Shown piece after piece: positions 1 through 12,979 of a stretch of 64,000 nucleotides of DNA; position 1 is the first letter of the stretch, and every line of letters begins with the position of its first letter. The position numbers were made by a program, and so were the translations under genes. A model generated the notes under the pieces. The model was given only the letters and a program-made list of their open reading frames with translations, searched no databases and was not told the origin of the DNA. The DNA is from Octopus vulgaris (taxonomy: Eukaryota), in assembly GCA_951406725.2 (NCBI GenBank), contig OX597821.1:97278001-97342000 (forward strand), given 5' to 3'.

Positions 1-145
1 GTGGGTGCTTTTTACGTGCCACCTGCACAGGTGCCAGGCGAGGCTGGCAATGGCCACGGTCGGATTGGTGTATTTTATGTGCCACCGGCACGGAAGCCAG
101 TCGAGGCGGTGCTGGCATCGGCCACGAGTCGGATAGTGCTTTTTG
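1..145 (-). mobile_element. RTE family 2 LINE 3'UTR fragment (tandem ~63-nt units), cut by window start
   Basis: Repeated ggtgctttttacgtgccaccggcac units match the 3'UTR of the LINE at 45143-46288. Confidence 0.8.
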
Positions 146-186
146 CTAGTAGAGATACCCAGCCTTGCTCGGGATTAAAATAGCAT
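146..186 (-). mobile_element. Helitron-like 3' terminus (GC hairpin followed by CTAG)
   Basis: Reverse strand cccgagcaaggctggg hairpin, then 8 nt, then CTAG; near-identical copy at 53969-54010. Confidence 0.5.
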
Positions 187-189
187 AGT

Positions 190-380
190 TCTTTTATTGT
201 TTTACTTGTTTCAGTTATGTGACTTTGGCCATGCTAGAGCACTGCCTTTGGTTGAACAAATTGACCATGGGATTTCTTCTTTGTAAGCCTAGTACTTATT
301 CTATCAGTGTCTTTTGCCAAACCGCTATGTTATGGGAACGTAAACACAGCAATATCAGCTGTCAAGCAATGGTGGGGGTA
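190..380 (-). mobile_element. SINE family B, 3' half
   Basis: Matches the 3' half of the full copy at 22058-22450. Confidence 0.75.
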
Positions 381-383
381 CAA

Positions 384-424
<41 letters not shown>

Positions 425-527
425 CACAAAAATATACACATATATATGAGTCTTCTTTCTACACGCATATATATATATGTATATATACATATATACACAT
501 ATATACATATATATATATATACATACA

Positions 528-1672
528 CATGATGGCCGTCCACTCGTGACCGAGGAAGACCATTGCCGACCATCAGGAACATTGTGCGCTCTAGGACTAA
601 CTTATATTTTGCATTTGCGGCTCCATTGGAGGCTAATGAGCCCTGCTCTTGACAAGCATACACGACTGCAAACATTGCAGACCAAGCTTTCCCCATTCAC
701 TATACGAGCCATGCACTTTCGCACAGCTCACTTAAGTTCTTCATGCTGGATACGTGCTCTCTCAAAAGTGTCGATCCCCTCCTTAACCTGCTTTCTCCAT
801 CTGTGACGATGACAGGCATTGTTCTCCCAGTCAGTGTCCTGCATATAAAAAGCCTTTAACGAGGACTTGACACAGTCCTTAAATCGCAGCCTTGGTTTCT
901 GCCGGAGTCTCCTTCCATTCACAAGTTCTCCATAGAGCATCTGCTTAGGAATCCTTCTATCCTCCATTCTAATAAGGTGTCCAGTCCAACGCAACCAGTG
1001 CTTGTGTACCATTGCCTCAATACTCAAGATATCAGCTGTCCTCAGGATCTGTGTGTCTGGAATTTTTGAGGTCCAGCCAACATTGAGAATGTGTCTGAGA
1101 CATCTCTGATGAAAACGTTCAAGGACCCTTACCTGACGTTTGTACAGAGTCCATGTCTCACATGAGTAGAGAAGCAATGTCAGTACACAAGCACGGTACA
1201 CAGCAACTTTTGTATGCCTTGCGATGCCATGTTGGGACCAGACACGAGACTGAAGAGACCAGAAGGAATTAGTTGCTCTCTGCAACCTGAAAGATATTTC
1301 CTCATCCAGGGAGCAAGAACGGCTGAGTGTGCTGCCCAGATAGACAAACTTATCTACTACCTTCAGAATTGTTCCTTCAACAAAGATAGCTGGTTCTATA
1401 TATGGATTTCCTGGTGCAGGCTGGAACATTACAACAGTCTTGTCCAGGCTAATGCTGAGTCCAAATGCCCTGCAAGAAGCAGAAATGCAATTCATGAGTA
1501 TTTGCATGTCATCCACTGTATGAGTGACTAAGTCACAGTCATCTGCATAAAGGAGGTCACGAATAATAGACTGGGACACCTTTGAATTGGCAGCAAATCG
1601 GCGAAGATTAAAGAGGCGGCCAGAAGATCGATATCTGACATATATTCCCAGAGAGTTAATCTTAGCAAAAGC
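528..1672 (-). pseudogene. 5'-truncated RTE-clade LINE (family 1): RT C-terminal half, C2H2 finger, short 3'UTR
   Basis: ORF 728..1813 contains LLYADD, FVYLGS, LLYSCETW, FHQRCLRHIL, LRWTGH and PKQMLYGEL. Premature TGA at 728, then CNVCSRVCLSRAGLISH to TAA at ~602. The ORF segment 1675-1813 is only microsatellite/hairpin read-through. Confidence 0.92.
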
Positions 1673-1719
1673 ATACACATATATATACATACATATACAT
1701 ACATACATATACATAAATA

Positions 1720-1755
<36 letters not shown>

Positions 1756-1757
1756 TA

Positions 1758-1998
1758 TATACTTTATTTAAAAGCAGCAGAAATTTAACTAAAACTGTTA
1801 CTCGGAGGTTCACGTTCCTGTTCGTCGGATAGTTTTGTTAAAATATTTTAACAAAACTATCCGACGAACAGGAACGTGAACCTCCGAGTAACAGCTTTTG
1901 TTAAATTTCTGCTGCTTTTAAATAAAGCATATTACTCTACCTCTGGTATTTGAGTACTCTTTTTTCCACCTTGTTTCACATTTATGTGTTTACTCCGG

Positions 1999-2000
<2 letters not shown>
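1758..2000. mobile_element. PLE-type terminal-repeat remnant (family F1): loopless palindrome plus one-sided tail
   Basis: Arms 1762-1844 and 1845-1927 are near-perfect reverse complements; degenerate hammerhead ccgacga..gaacctc.gagta; homologous to 11610-11815 and 22478-22680. Confidence 0.7.
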
Positions 2001-2431
<431 letters not shown>

Positions 2432-2488
2432 TGCTAGCATGGCCACAGCTCATTAGCTGAAACTGGAAAGATCAAAATCAAATCAAAT

Positions 2489-2551
<63 letters not shown>

Positions 2552-2974
2552 CAAAAATGTAAATATATACACATATATATATATTTATATATACATTATA
2601 TAAATATATACACACACACACACACATACATACATATACAAACATGTACATAAATACATATTGAAAGTATATGAAATGAAATTAATATATATAGATACAT
2701 AATAAAAGGAACTGAAATTGAAACCATATAACAGGGAAAGTATTAATAGAGATGTTATTGTTTCACTTCTGACATATAATACTGAAACAATGTAAGAGAT
2801 AACAGATTATTCTGGCTCGCATTAGGCAAGAAGTTGGACCCTAAGTAAGGCATTTGTAAAATTTGAATGAAATCCGTAGGGTAGTTCTCGAGCTTTAGTA
2901 ATGCACACATACAGACAGACACACATTTTCAGCTTTATATATGTGTGTGTGTGTGTGCATGTGTATAGTGTACT

Positions 2975-3173
2975 CTTTTTTACTCTTTTACTCTTTTACT
3001 TGTTTCAGTCATTTGACTGCGGTCATGCTGGAGCACCACCTTTAGTCGAGCAAATCGACCCCGGGACTTATTCTTTGTAAGCCCAGTACTTATTCTATCG
3101 GTCTCTTTTGCCGAACCGCTAAGTGACGGGGACATAAACACACCAGCATCGGTTGTCAAACATACAAAAACGT

Positions 3174-3234
<61 letters not shown>

Positions 3235-3395
3235 TATATACGACAAGCTTGTTTCAGTTTCCGTCTACCAAATCCACTCACAAGCCATTGGTCGGCCCGG
3301 GGCTATAGCAGAAGACACTTGCCCAAGATGCCACGCATTGGGACTGAACCCGGAACCATGTGGTTGGTTAGCAAGCTACTTACCACACAGCCACT
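2975..3395 (-). mobile_element. SINE family B, near full length, internal (CA)/(TA) microsatellite
   Basis: tRNA-like head (gtggctgtgtggtaag...gggttcagtccc) and cttgggcaagtgtcttct block; many copies in window. Confidence 0.85.
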
Positions 3396-3447
3396 CAACA
3401 ACAAAAAATTCAGCATCAATGAAGTATCATTTAATAAATACAGAAGT

Positions 3448-3665
3448 CAAGGCAGCAAACTGGCGAGGTTATTAGAACAGCAGGCCAACTGCTAAGCAGC
3501 ATTTTGTCCACTTTTATGTTCTGAGTTCAGATGCTGCTAAGATCAGCTTCGCCTTTTATCTTTTTGGAATTGATAAGATAGGTAGCAGCTGAGTACTGGT
3601 ATCAATGTAATCAACTTTCCACCTCCCTCAAAACAGCTGGCCTTGTGCCAAAATTTGAAACCAAT
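3448..3665 (+). mobile_element. Old, degenerate SINE family A
   Basis: aaggcagcaaactggc...gttctgagttcag...gccttttatctttttgg...gataa aligns to the family A consensus. Confidence 0.6.
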
Positions 3666-6600
3666 AAATACAGGAGTTTTGGGTGGGCTACTTCAAGTTT
3701 CATACTTGAAAAATATAATATTCAAGTACACTTATATAAGGCAAATGAAAATTCACCAAGACACCTGCTTTTGTCCCTCTTTTATATTTTCATATCCTTC
3801 AATCCCCACTCTGTTGAAGGCTCTTGTCTTGTGAATGCATGGTAGCCTCACCACTGCTGGTAACATGAAAAAATGTACCTAGTTTACTCTGAAGGGGTTG
3901 ACGTCAAGAAGGGAATCTATCTATAGAGACCATGCAAAGCTGGCTTTGGAGCACATCATCACTGTCTGCCTCATCAATTCATGTCAAACTATCGGATCCA
4001 TGCCGGTATGGAAAAAGGAACACTAAATGATGATGCTGATGATGATACCCACACACGTCTATATAAATACATGTATATTTTATATGTATGTATATATCTG
4101 TGTATGTGCTTGTGAGAGTAAGGTGGGATGCGGCACATGTGGGTGTGTCATCATCACCATTGTTATCATTTAATGTCTGTTTTCCATGCTAGCATGGGTT
4201 GGGTTGTTCACCAGGATCCAATGAGTCAGAGGACTATGTCAAGTTACAATGTCAGCTTTAGTATGCTTTCCTACTGTCGAACCCCTTCCTAATGCCTATA
4301 AAGCAATTATATTCTTAGAGTCATTTTATCCATTTCAAGACAAACAAATACTGTTATAGCCATTTCATTTCATTTATCTTTTAAGAGTACAATATATTAT
4401 GAAGCTTCAAACATTTTTTTCATCACACTTCTGCGACCTGACTAGTGACGCAATTTCACTGAATTATTTGACAAACAGTAACGTTGGGTTTGTTACAAAA
4501 TTGCAGAAAATGGATAGAAGAAAGTGGTTGGTTCTCAAAAGTTATTGAGGATCAATTCTCATTGATTTGTAAATTGTTCTATCACTAATAAATGTCAAAA
4601 TATCATTTGTTTATTTATAATTTAATACTAGTTGAGCTTTGTCTACTTTAAATTATGAATCTTCTTATACAAATATGCATTTATAATTTTTAAAATTAAC
4701 AGGGCTCTGCTCCCATAGCTTTATGCAACTTTTGAGTTAGATACATCACCTCTACTTGTAACAGCTGGCATAAACTACACATGTCTGCCAATACAATTAA
4801 TCACTAAATATTTATATAACTCCATTAATGTTCAATGTTATTTCTATGTTTAATTATGAAAACCCTTTGCTTTCTTCTGATTCTTCACTACAGATGAATT
4901 GGATATTCAAATTTTTAATTAATTTTACAGTTTCGGATAGATTGGCAATAGAAATCACACATTGATTAGTTTACTCTTTCCCCATTCTTCCTTTGTTTTA
5001 CATGTTCTCATTCACAGCACCCACTAATTCAGGCTATCTTCCCCTTCTACAGATTTTCCAGTACTCTTCTTACTGCATAATATCTCATTTTGTCATATTT
5101 TTCCTCCTCTGATCTATTCTTCTTTCTGTCTTTTATATTTATTTGTTTTTCTCTTATAATATTTCTATGATTATATTGTTAACATTATCCTATGCCTCAG
5201 ATGATTTGCCTTTGAACTGTGAAACAGATTGTAAAAAGTCAGATATTGAGCATTTGAAGGAATATAATTCACATGTACTCATACACCTAACTACTCTTAT
5301 GAAGTGTTACTGGTTGATGAAATCAAAAAGACCTAATTGTTTGTAAGTCTTATAGATCCTATAAGTTGAAGACTTTGTAGTTCTTATATTATTGTATATA
5401 TAAGCATGACCTCTAACCCTTTTAAACTGTGGTACAATTCTCATACCTATTCCTTCAGAAAGCCCAGTAGGTCAAATCATATATCGTTAACTAACTACTT
5501 CCACAATCTAAAAAGAAACCTATTACATTTAAGTGCTCAAGGAAAATCTTATATGAAGCAAAATCTTATATCAGGTTGCACAAATTGTGCAACTTGCATG
5601 CAAACAGCTGTTTAGAAATCCATTTTTCTCAAAGATGATCTACTAACCAAAATAACTAAGAGAACTCTGCATTCATATAGAACATACACAACTTCAATCT
5701 TTCTGATTTCACCAACCAGTAACACTCCTACAATAGTAATTTTACCCTCTATTCCTCAACCCTCATGGAAACTTCTCTAAACAGTTGTTTTTGCTCATCT
5801 CTACACCCTTCCATCTTCACTTCTTCCACTCTTTTTGCCGTTCATCTATAATTTATTGTTTCAATTACTGCTGCCTTTTCCTACTTACACAATTGTCTTC
5901 TGATGGTCCATACCTGTATCAAATATTCTTGTCACCTATCTTCCTCTTACTGTTGCATCTCTATAATGCATGCTCTTTTATGTATGCTCTATTGTGCATG
6001 TTATTTTGCGTATCATATACATTACGCTAGTTGCCTTTATGTTTTCCTCAATGCAAATGTATGCATTTATGCATGTATTATTCCAGCATATGTTCATATA
6101 AATATATATGTATGTATGTATGTACGTATATTTGCATGTATACATGGGTGTTTTTATACACTTATGTACATTATATATATATATTTATATACCTTTATCT
6201 TTACAGTTATGCTTCACTTTATGGTTTGTATACTTGAATATGAAAATGTGGCTATGTGCCTCCACATGTCTATATATTTATATACTTTTTATACATATCA
6301 TCAACACTACCATCACAATCGTCAGCCACATGTTTACTAGTCTAATTTATGGCTACTTTATATAGCAGATAAATATTCTATGATATTGATTAGGGAAAGA
6401 AACCAGGTAAATCTTCTCCTAGGAGTGGTTAACAAAGCATAAAACAGTCCATCATGAGATGCTGCATCTGTTTTCTGCAGATCAAAAGCATAGAAATTAT
6501 GTTTACATACTTATTTCGTGACTGCTAGGCTTTATGTGTAAATCTGTTTGCATTCTTTTGATAAATGATCAGTTGTGCATAAAATATTGTCCAATTAATG

Positions 6601-6884
6601 ACGAGTCATGTAAAGAGCAAATATACAAATTAAGCCATCTACTTACGTGGTAGCCTAATTTATGTTTCTTTTATGTAAGATCTGAATATTCTATGCAAAT
6701 GATTAAGGAAGGAAACCAAATGTGTCTTTTCTCTGTGGAGCAGTTATCAAACCATGAAATAATTTGTCAGGAGACTGCCCACTCTTTTTCACTGCACACC
6801 AAAATTATAAAAACAATGAGAATCCATTCATATTTAACTTACAGTTTGGCTTTATAATGTGTGTGTGTGTGTATGTGTCTGCAG

Positions 6885-7710
6885 GTGTAGCTGAGTGGTA
6901 AGAAGCTTGCTTCCTAACCACATGATTCCAAATTCAGTCCTACCGTGTGGCACCTTGAGCAGGTGTCATCATCTACAATAGCTTCTGGCCAATGAAAGCC
7001 ATGAGTGGATTTGGTAGACTGATACTGAAAGAAGCCTGTCATGTAAAAAGCACCTACTACACTCACGGAGTGGTTGGTGTTAGGAAGGGCATTCAGCTGT
7101 AGAAACACTGCCAGATCAGACTGGGCCTGGTGCAGCCTTCTGGCTTCCCAGACCACAGTTGAACCGTCCAACCCATGCTAGCATGGAAAGCAGACATTAA
7201 ATGATGATGATGATAATGATGATATATGACTGTGTTATTGTGTTTGTGTTTGTCCCACCACTTGACAACCAGTGTTGGTGTGTTAATGTCCCCATAACTT
7301 AGCAGTTTTGCAAAAAGCACCAATAGAATAAGTACCTATTTTTTTATTACCCACAAGGGGCTAAAGTACCTATTTCTTTATTACCCACAAGGGGCTAAAG
7401 TACCTATTTCTTTATTACCCACAAGGGGCTAAACATAGAGGGGACAAACAAGGACAGACATAGGTATTAAGTCGATTACATCGACCCCAGTGTGTAACTG
7501 GTACTAAATTTATCGACCCTGAAAGGATGAAAGGCAAAGTTGACCTCGGCGGAATTTGAACTCAGAACATAGTGGCAGTCGAAATACGGCTACGCATTTC
7601 GCCTGGCGTGGTAACGTTTCTGCCAGCTCGCTGCCTTAACCAGCTCAAGTACCAGGGTTGTTTCATTAGACTAAAAATTGTTCAAGGGTGTACCCCAGCG
7701 TAGCCATAGT
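6885..7710 (+). mobile_element. SINE family B interrupted by an RTE-2 3'UTR (7045-7222) and a SINE A (7405-7637)
   Basis: B head 6885-7040, B body 7230-7336, B tail 7645-7710, with the two insertions between. Confidence 0.7.
7405..7637 (-). mobile_element. SINE family A (tRNA head, MetaSINE-like central domain)
   Basis: Reverse strand aggcagcgagctggcagaaacg...gagttcaaattcc (B box), gcctttcatcctttcagggtcgataaa central block, tail ccccttgtgggtaataaagaaat. Confidence 0.88.
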
Positions 7711-8231
7711 CCAACACATGCACCACGTACACACATGCACACACACATACACTCATGCATATAAATTTGAAGAAAGATGTGTGAGGTAGTGTTGTGGGCA
7801 ATTTGCTTCCAAACTATATAGTTCCAGGTTCTGTCATACTACATGGCACCTTGGGTAATGGACCAAAGCCTTGTGACAGAAATTTGGTAGCCGGAAACTG
7901 AAGAAGCCCATTGTATATTTGTAAGTATCTGTGTGTGGGTGTTTATGTGTGTGTGTGTGTCTTTGTGTTTATCCCCCACTGCCTTTAACAACAGGTGTTG
8001 GTTTGTGCTCAGCAAAAGAGAACGATAGAATTAGATCCAGGTTAAAAATTATAAGGATTGAGTTGATTCATTTGACTCAAATTTTTCAGGGTGGTGTCCC
8101 AGCATGGCCACAGCCTAACGACTGAAACGCATAAGAGTTAAAAGATACATACATACATATAATGAATATGTATCTATCTATCTACCTATGTATGTATGTA
8201 TGTATGCATCTATCTATCTATCTATCTATCG

Positions 8232-8313
<82 letters not shown>

Positions 8314-8339
8314 ATATATATATATATATGTATGTATAT

Positions 8340-8786
8340 ACGAGTGGGTGGACAAACGAAAGAAAGCCACTCAACCAATTTATTGGGAGTTACATGCATG
8401 GATCAAAACAGTTCGATTCAAATTCGTTGGTACTCTTGAGTTTCAAGTGTGATACTAGTCGTCAGCCATTTTGAATTTGAATGACAAGAGTTGACTGTTA
8501 TTACCCTAAGGTAGGCTGTGATTGGTTGGGGAAGGTCACATGGTTTCATGGTTTGATGTTGGTATATGGGAAACAGTTAGTTGGAAAATATCGCATGGTG
8601 AACAGGAAATTGACCACATGGAGGACAGGAAATAGACTAGAAATTGGTCAAGTTGTTAGCGAGGAAGTTGGAAGGGGTGTGACCTTCCTCGACCAATCGA
8701 AGCTCACCTTATGGTAATAACAATCAACTTCTGTCATTCAAATTCAAAATAGTTGATGACTAGCATCGCACTTGAAACTCAAGAAT

Positions 8787-8790
<4 letters not shown>
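8340..8790. mobile_element. Fold-back insert with hammerhead motif (PLE-type terminal repeat)
   Basis: Arms 8428-8540 and 8678-8790 inverted; one-sided tail 8340-8427; flanked by TA repeats. Confidence 0.65.
8428..8468 (-). ncRNA. Minimal type I hammerhead ribozyme candidate
   Basis: tgg CTGACGA ctagtatcacactt GAAACTC aa GAGT A cca; stems I and III pair, stem II is weak. Confidence 0.5.
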
Positions 8791-8831
<41 letters not shown>

Positions 8832-8836
<5 letters not shown>

Positions 8837-8958
8837 TCAAAATAAGCAACAAGAATGGCTCCGGTAATTTGATACGATCGTTTCACACTACATCATTTTA
8901 TTAAATGTTGTAAGTATTACTACAGTTTTAAAATGCTGAGCACTCATCAGCCAATTAT
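8832..8958 (-). mobile_element. PLE-type terminal-repeat remnant (family F2)
   Basis: aatcaaaataagcaacaag block shared with 15797-15985 and 41832-42166; reverse strand ctgatgagtgctcagcat..aaac. Confidence 0.55.
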
Positions 8959-9148
8959 AGAGGTTTTCCATTAATACAAAAATTTTCATATCAAGTGGCA
9001 ACATTATAGAGAAGGTAGATATATAGACAAAGATGTGGATTTAAATTTTAAGGACATTTGAGGTAGTGGAACCCATCAACTGACTGACTAAGATTCAGTT
9101 GTTCCAGACTACTGTAAGGTTCATTTGAATCTAAATTTTTGCTGAACT

Positions 9149-9179
<31 letters not shown>

Positions 9180-9974
9180 TTATATATTCATTATAAAAAC
9201 TTTTATAGGGATGGCACCACTTTTGGGTTTGCTGCAGGCAATATGCACTTTTTACGGGGGCTGAAGGGCACCCTGGGCAGCACACAATCTAGCTATGCTA
9301 GTGGGTTGAGGAAATAACATTGGACAGAGAGGTAATAGGTGGCAACATGGTGATGGGAGTGTGAGCAGCATTCAAGAGATGTACAAGGCCAAGGATGAAG
9401 TCAGAAGTTCATAGGGGTAGAAACAGTGAGAGATGAACATAAGTAGTGGGGGCTGCCATCAGCAGAATGAGGTGCCAATAGAAGATAAAATGGTAAGGGA
9501 TGATACTGAGAATGTAAGAAACAAGTGTTTCCAAACAGGGTTAGTGGGAGTGCAAGAAAGAGGAGGAGGAAATATATTCTGTTTCAAACTCATATAATTA
9601 CAGCAGCTGAGTGGATAGTGCTGTAGTCAGGAGAGTGATGGATGGAGAGGTATTATAAAGATGAATTGTGGGAAAGAGACACGTCAGGAACCGTGCAGGG
9701 TCACAGGCATATATGATGTGCATTTTGAGGGCATCATATGTGCTAAGAGGGATGGCAAAACTTGAGTACAGTAAATTGCCAATCATCTTGATTACACACA
9801 CATACACACAGACACATATGCACACACAATGCACACATACATACTATCATCATCATTATTATCCTTCTTTTGTTGGCCATTTTGATGCTGGCATGAACCA
9901 GATATTGTTGCCAGAGAGACGGTAATCTAGTGAAAAGTTGTCTTGGGAAAACTTCTACCCTTCTATGTTTCATA

Positions 9975-10161
9975 CTCTTTTTACTCTCTCTTTTACTTGT
10001 TTCAGTCATTTGACTGCGGCCATGCTGGAGCACCGCCTTTAGTCGAGCAAATCGACCCCAGGACTTATTCTTTGTAAGCGCAGTACTTATTCTATCGGTC
10101 TCTTTTGCCGAACCAGCATCGGTTGTCAAGCAATGCTAGGGGGACAAACACAGACACACAA

Positions 10162-10203
<42 letters not shown>

Positions 10204-10442
10204 CGAGAAACTCAGAGTAACAGATTTTGTTGAATTTTCTGCTGCTTTAAATAAAGTATATATATATATATATATACACGACGGGCTTCTTTCAGTTTCC
10301 GTCTACCAAATCCACTCACAAGGATTTGGTCGGCCCGAGGCTATAGTAGAAGATACATGCCCAAGATGCCATGCAGTGGGACTGAACCCAGAACCATGTG
10401 GTTGGTAAGCAAGCTACTTACCACACAGCCACTCCTGCGCCT
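9975..10442 (-). mobile_element. SINE family B with an F1 fragment (10203-10260) in its internal microsatellite
   Basis: Full B head and tail; gaaactcagagtaacag...ctgctgctttaaataaag matches F1. Confidence 0.85.
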
Positions 10443-10719
10443 GTGTAGCATGGTTTTATGTTGTCACGTCAAAAAAGTAGAGCTTCTCTCAACCCTGTTT
10501 TCTCTGTTCCTTCTACAACTTTACAGAGACTACTGGGCATAGTTTATCATATCAACACTTGTGAGGTGGTCTTATACCCTTCTGCCTCCCTGTTACTCAC
10601 ACACACACAAACACACACACACACACACACACAGACGCACACGCACGCACACACATATGTGCATTAACACACATGAAAATGCACACATGCATGCATACAT
10701 ACATATATATATTCCGTGC

Positions 10720-11032
10720 TGTGGCACGTAAAAAGCACCAACCGATCGTGGCCGTTGCCAGCCTCACCTGGCCTCTGTGCTGGTGGCATGTAAAAAGCAC
10801 CATCCGATCGTGGCCGTTTGCCAACCTCGTCTGGCACCTGTGCCGGTGGCACGTGAAAAGCCCCCACTACACTCATGGAGTGATTGGCGTTAGGAAGGGC
10901 ATCCAGCCGTAGAAACATTACCAGATCAGACTGGGCCTGGTGCAGCCTTCTGGCTTCCCAGACCCCAGTTGCACCGTCCAACCCATGCTAGCATGGAAAG
11001 CGGATGCTAAACGATGATGATGATGATGATGA
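10720..11032 (+). mobile_element. RTE family 2 3'UTR with tandem units and (GAT)n tail
   Basis: Three tggcacgtaaaaagcacc motifs, catgctagcatg hairpin, gatgatgat tail. Confidence 0.85.
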
Positions 11033-11288
11033 TACAGGCATACATACATACATATAACAAAACATACAAATCTCTACATGCACTGACTCCAAATACTGCA
11101 CATATACATACATACAAAAATACCTAGTTGATGTTGAAATTCCAGTGAAAGAGCCATCGATCTAGATTAGAAACTGGCTCTCTCTCTATTGGTAAGAAAT
11201 CTCGAAAAAATAACTGAATAATGACATACATATAAGTATGTGTATGTGTGTGTGTGTGTGAGTGTATATGTGAGTGTATATATGTATA

Positions 11289-11321
<33 letters not shown>

Positions 11322-11345
11322 GTGTGTGTGTGTGTGCTGTGTGTG

Positions 11346-11374
<29 letters not shown>

Positions 11375-11378
<4 letters not shown>

Positions 11379-11501
11379 TGTTATATTTTGGAATGCTCAT
11401 TTTGCCAGTTTAGCCAATAAAAACACACGCACTATATATTTGGTGTTACTTTGCTTTATTGGCTAAACTGGCAAAATGACCATTCCGAAATATAACAATA
11501 T
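11375..11501. repeat. Inverted repeat, ~46-bp arms, in (TA)n context
   Basis: atattgttatattttggaatgctcattttgccagtttagccaataaa and its reverse complement at 11455-11501. Confidence 0.8.
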
Positions 11502-11554
11502 TTGTTTCAACACACGACTTCACATAAAAAATCTTGCACAACAAATATATAAAC

Positions 11555-11609
<55 letters not shown>

Positions 11610-11610
<1 letters not shown>

Positions 11611-11815
11611 AATGTAAGCACATAAATGTGAAACAAGGTAGAAAAATAGCACCCAAATACCAAAGGTAGAGTAATGGGCTTTAGCTGCAAAGACATCACA
11701 AAAACTGTTACTCAGAGTTTCACGTTCCTGTTCCTCAGACAGTTCGTCAAATGGGAACGTGAAACTCTGAGTAACAGTTTTTGTGATGTCTTTGCAGCTT
11801 TTTACTAAAGTGTAC
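11610..11815 (-). mobile_element. PLE-type terminal repeat F1 with inverted partial copy
   Basis: Homologous to 1845-2000; arms ~11683-11730 and ~11752-11800 inverted. Confidence 0.7.
11705..11742 (-). ncRNA. Minimal type I hammerhead ribozyme candidate (F1)
   Basis: ctgt CTGAGGA acaggaacgt GAAACTC t GAGT A acag; stem I ctgt/acag, stem III actc/gagt, GUA cleavage triplet. Confidence 0.65.
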
Positions 11816-11824
11816 ATATATATA

Positions 11825-12175
11825 TCATCATCATCATCATCATAACCATCGTTGTTTAACGTCCGCTTCCTATGCTGGCATGGGTTGGATGATTTGACTG
11901 AGGGCTAGTAAGCCAGAAGGCTGCATAAATCTGATCAGGCAAATTTTCTACAGCTGGATGCCCTTCCTAATGCCAATCACTCCGAGAGTGTAGTGGGTGC
12001 TTTTTACATGCCACTAGCATGAGGAACAGTCAGGTAGCACTGTCAAACTGGCAATAACCACACTCGAATGGTGCTTTTTATGTTCCACTGGCACGGGTCC
12101 TGTCAGCTGGCACCGGGATCAACCACACTCAAATGGTGCTTTTTACATGCCACCAGCACAGGAGCCAGTCAGGTG
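11825..12175 (-). mobile_element. RTE family 2 3'UTR fragment
   Basis: (CAT)n tail plus tandem units. Confidence 0.8.
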
Positions 12176-12198
12176 ACATATATATGAATGTATGTGTG

Positions 12199-12244
<46 letters not shown>

Positions 12245-12367
12245 TAAATATACATGCATATATATGTGTATTTATCTATCAATATATATTCTTTTATATG
12301 TTTCAGCGTTGAGGCTGTGGCTATGTTAGGGCACCACCAGTGACTATACATACATGCATATATATAT

Positions 12368-12670
12368 ATCATCATCATCATCATTGTTTAACGTCCGCTT
12401 TCCATGCTAGCATGGGTTGGACGGTTCAACTGGGGTCTGGGAAGCCAGAAGGCTGCACCAGGCCCAGTCTGATCTGGCAATGTTTCTACGGCTGGATACC
12501 CTTCCTAATGCCAACCACTCCATGAGTATAGTGGATGCTTTTTACGTGCCACCAGCACAGGTGCCAGACGAGTCTGGCAAACGGCCACGATTGGATGGTG
12601 CTATTTACGTGCCACCGGCACGGGGACCAGACGAAGCTGGCAACGGCCACGGTCGGATGGTGCTTTTTAC
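12368..12670 (-). mobile_element. RTE family 2 3'UTR fragment
   Basis: (CAT)n tail plus tandem units. Confidence 0.85.
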
Positions 12671-12979
12671 ATGCGTGTGTGTGTGTGTATGAGTGTGTGT
12701 GTGTATGAGTGTGCGTATGTGTATAATTGTGTTCGTGACAGTTGCAGTAAATGGGAGTTTCTGTCATACAAGGTGTATTGTTTATTTCCAATATATCTGC
12801 AGAAAATATGTCTGACCATAGACAATATTACTCCGCTTGGAAACAGGTGAGGATTGACAACAAAAAGGTATTCAATCCAAGAATGTATGAAAAAGATGCT
12901 GTTAAAAATATACATATGAAAGCAAGTTTATATATATATATATATATTACATATATGACATCACAGTATTGTATATATA

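Noticed and set aside
1675-1813. N-terminus of the 361-aa ORF
   Set aside because: In-frame read-through of microsatellite and the F1 hairpin; not part of the LINE protein
5200-5273. Possible exon DDLPLNCETDCKKSDIEHLKEYNSH after a pyrimidine-rich tract
   Set aside because: Weak donor (gtactc), no recognisable domain and no partner exons
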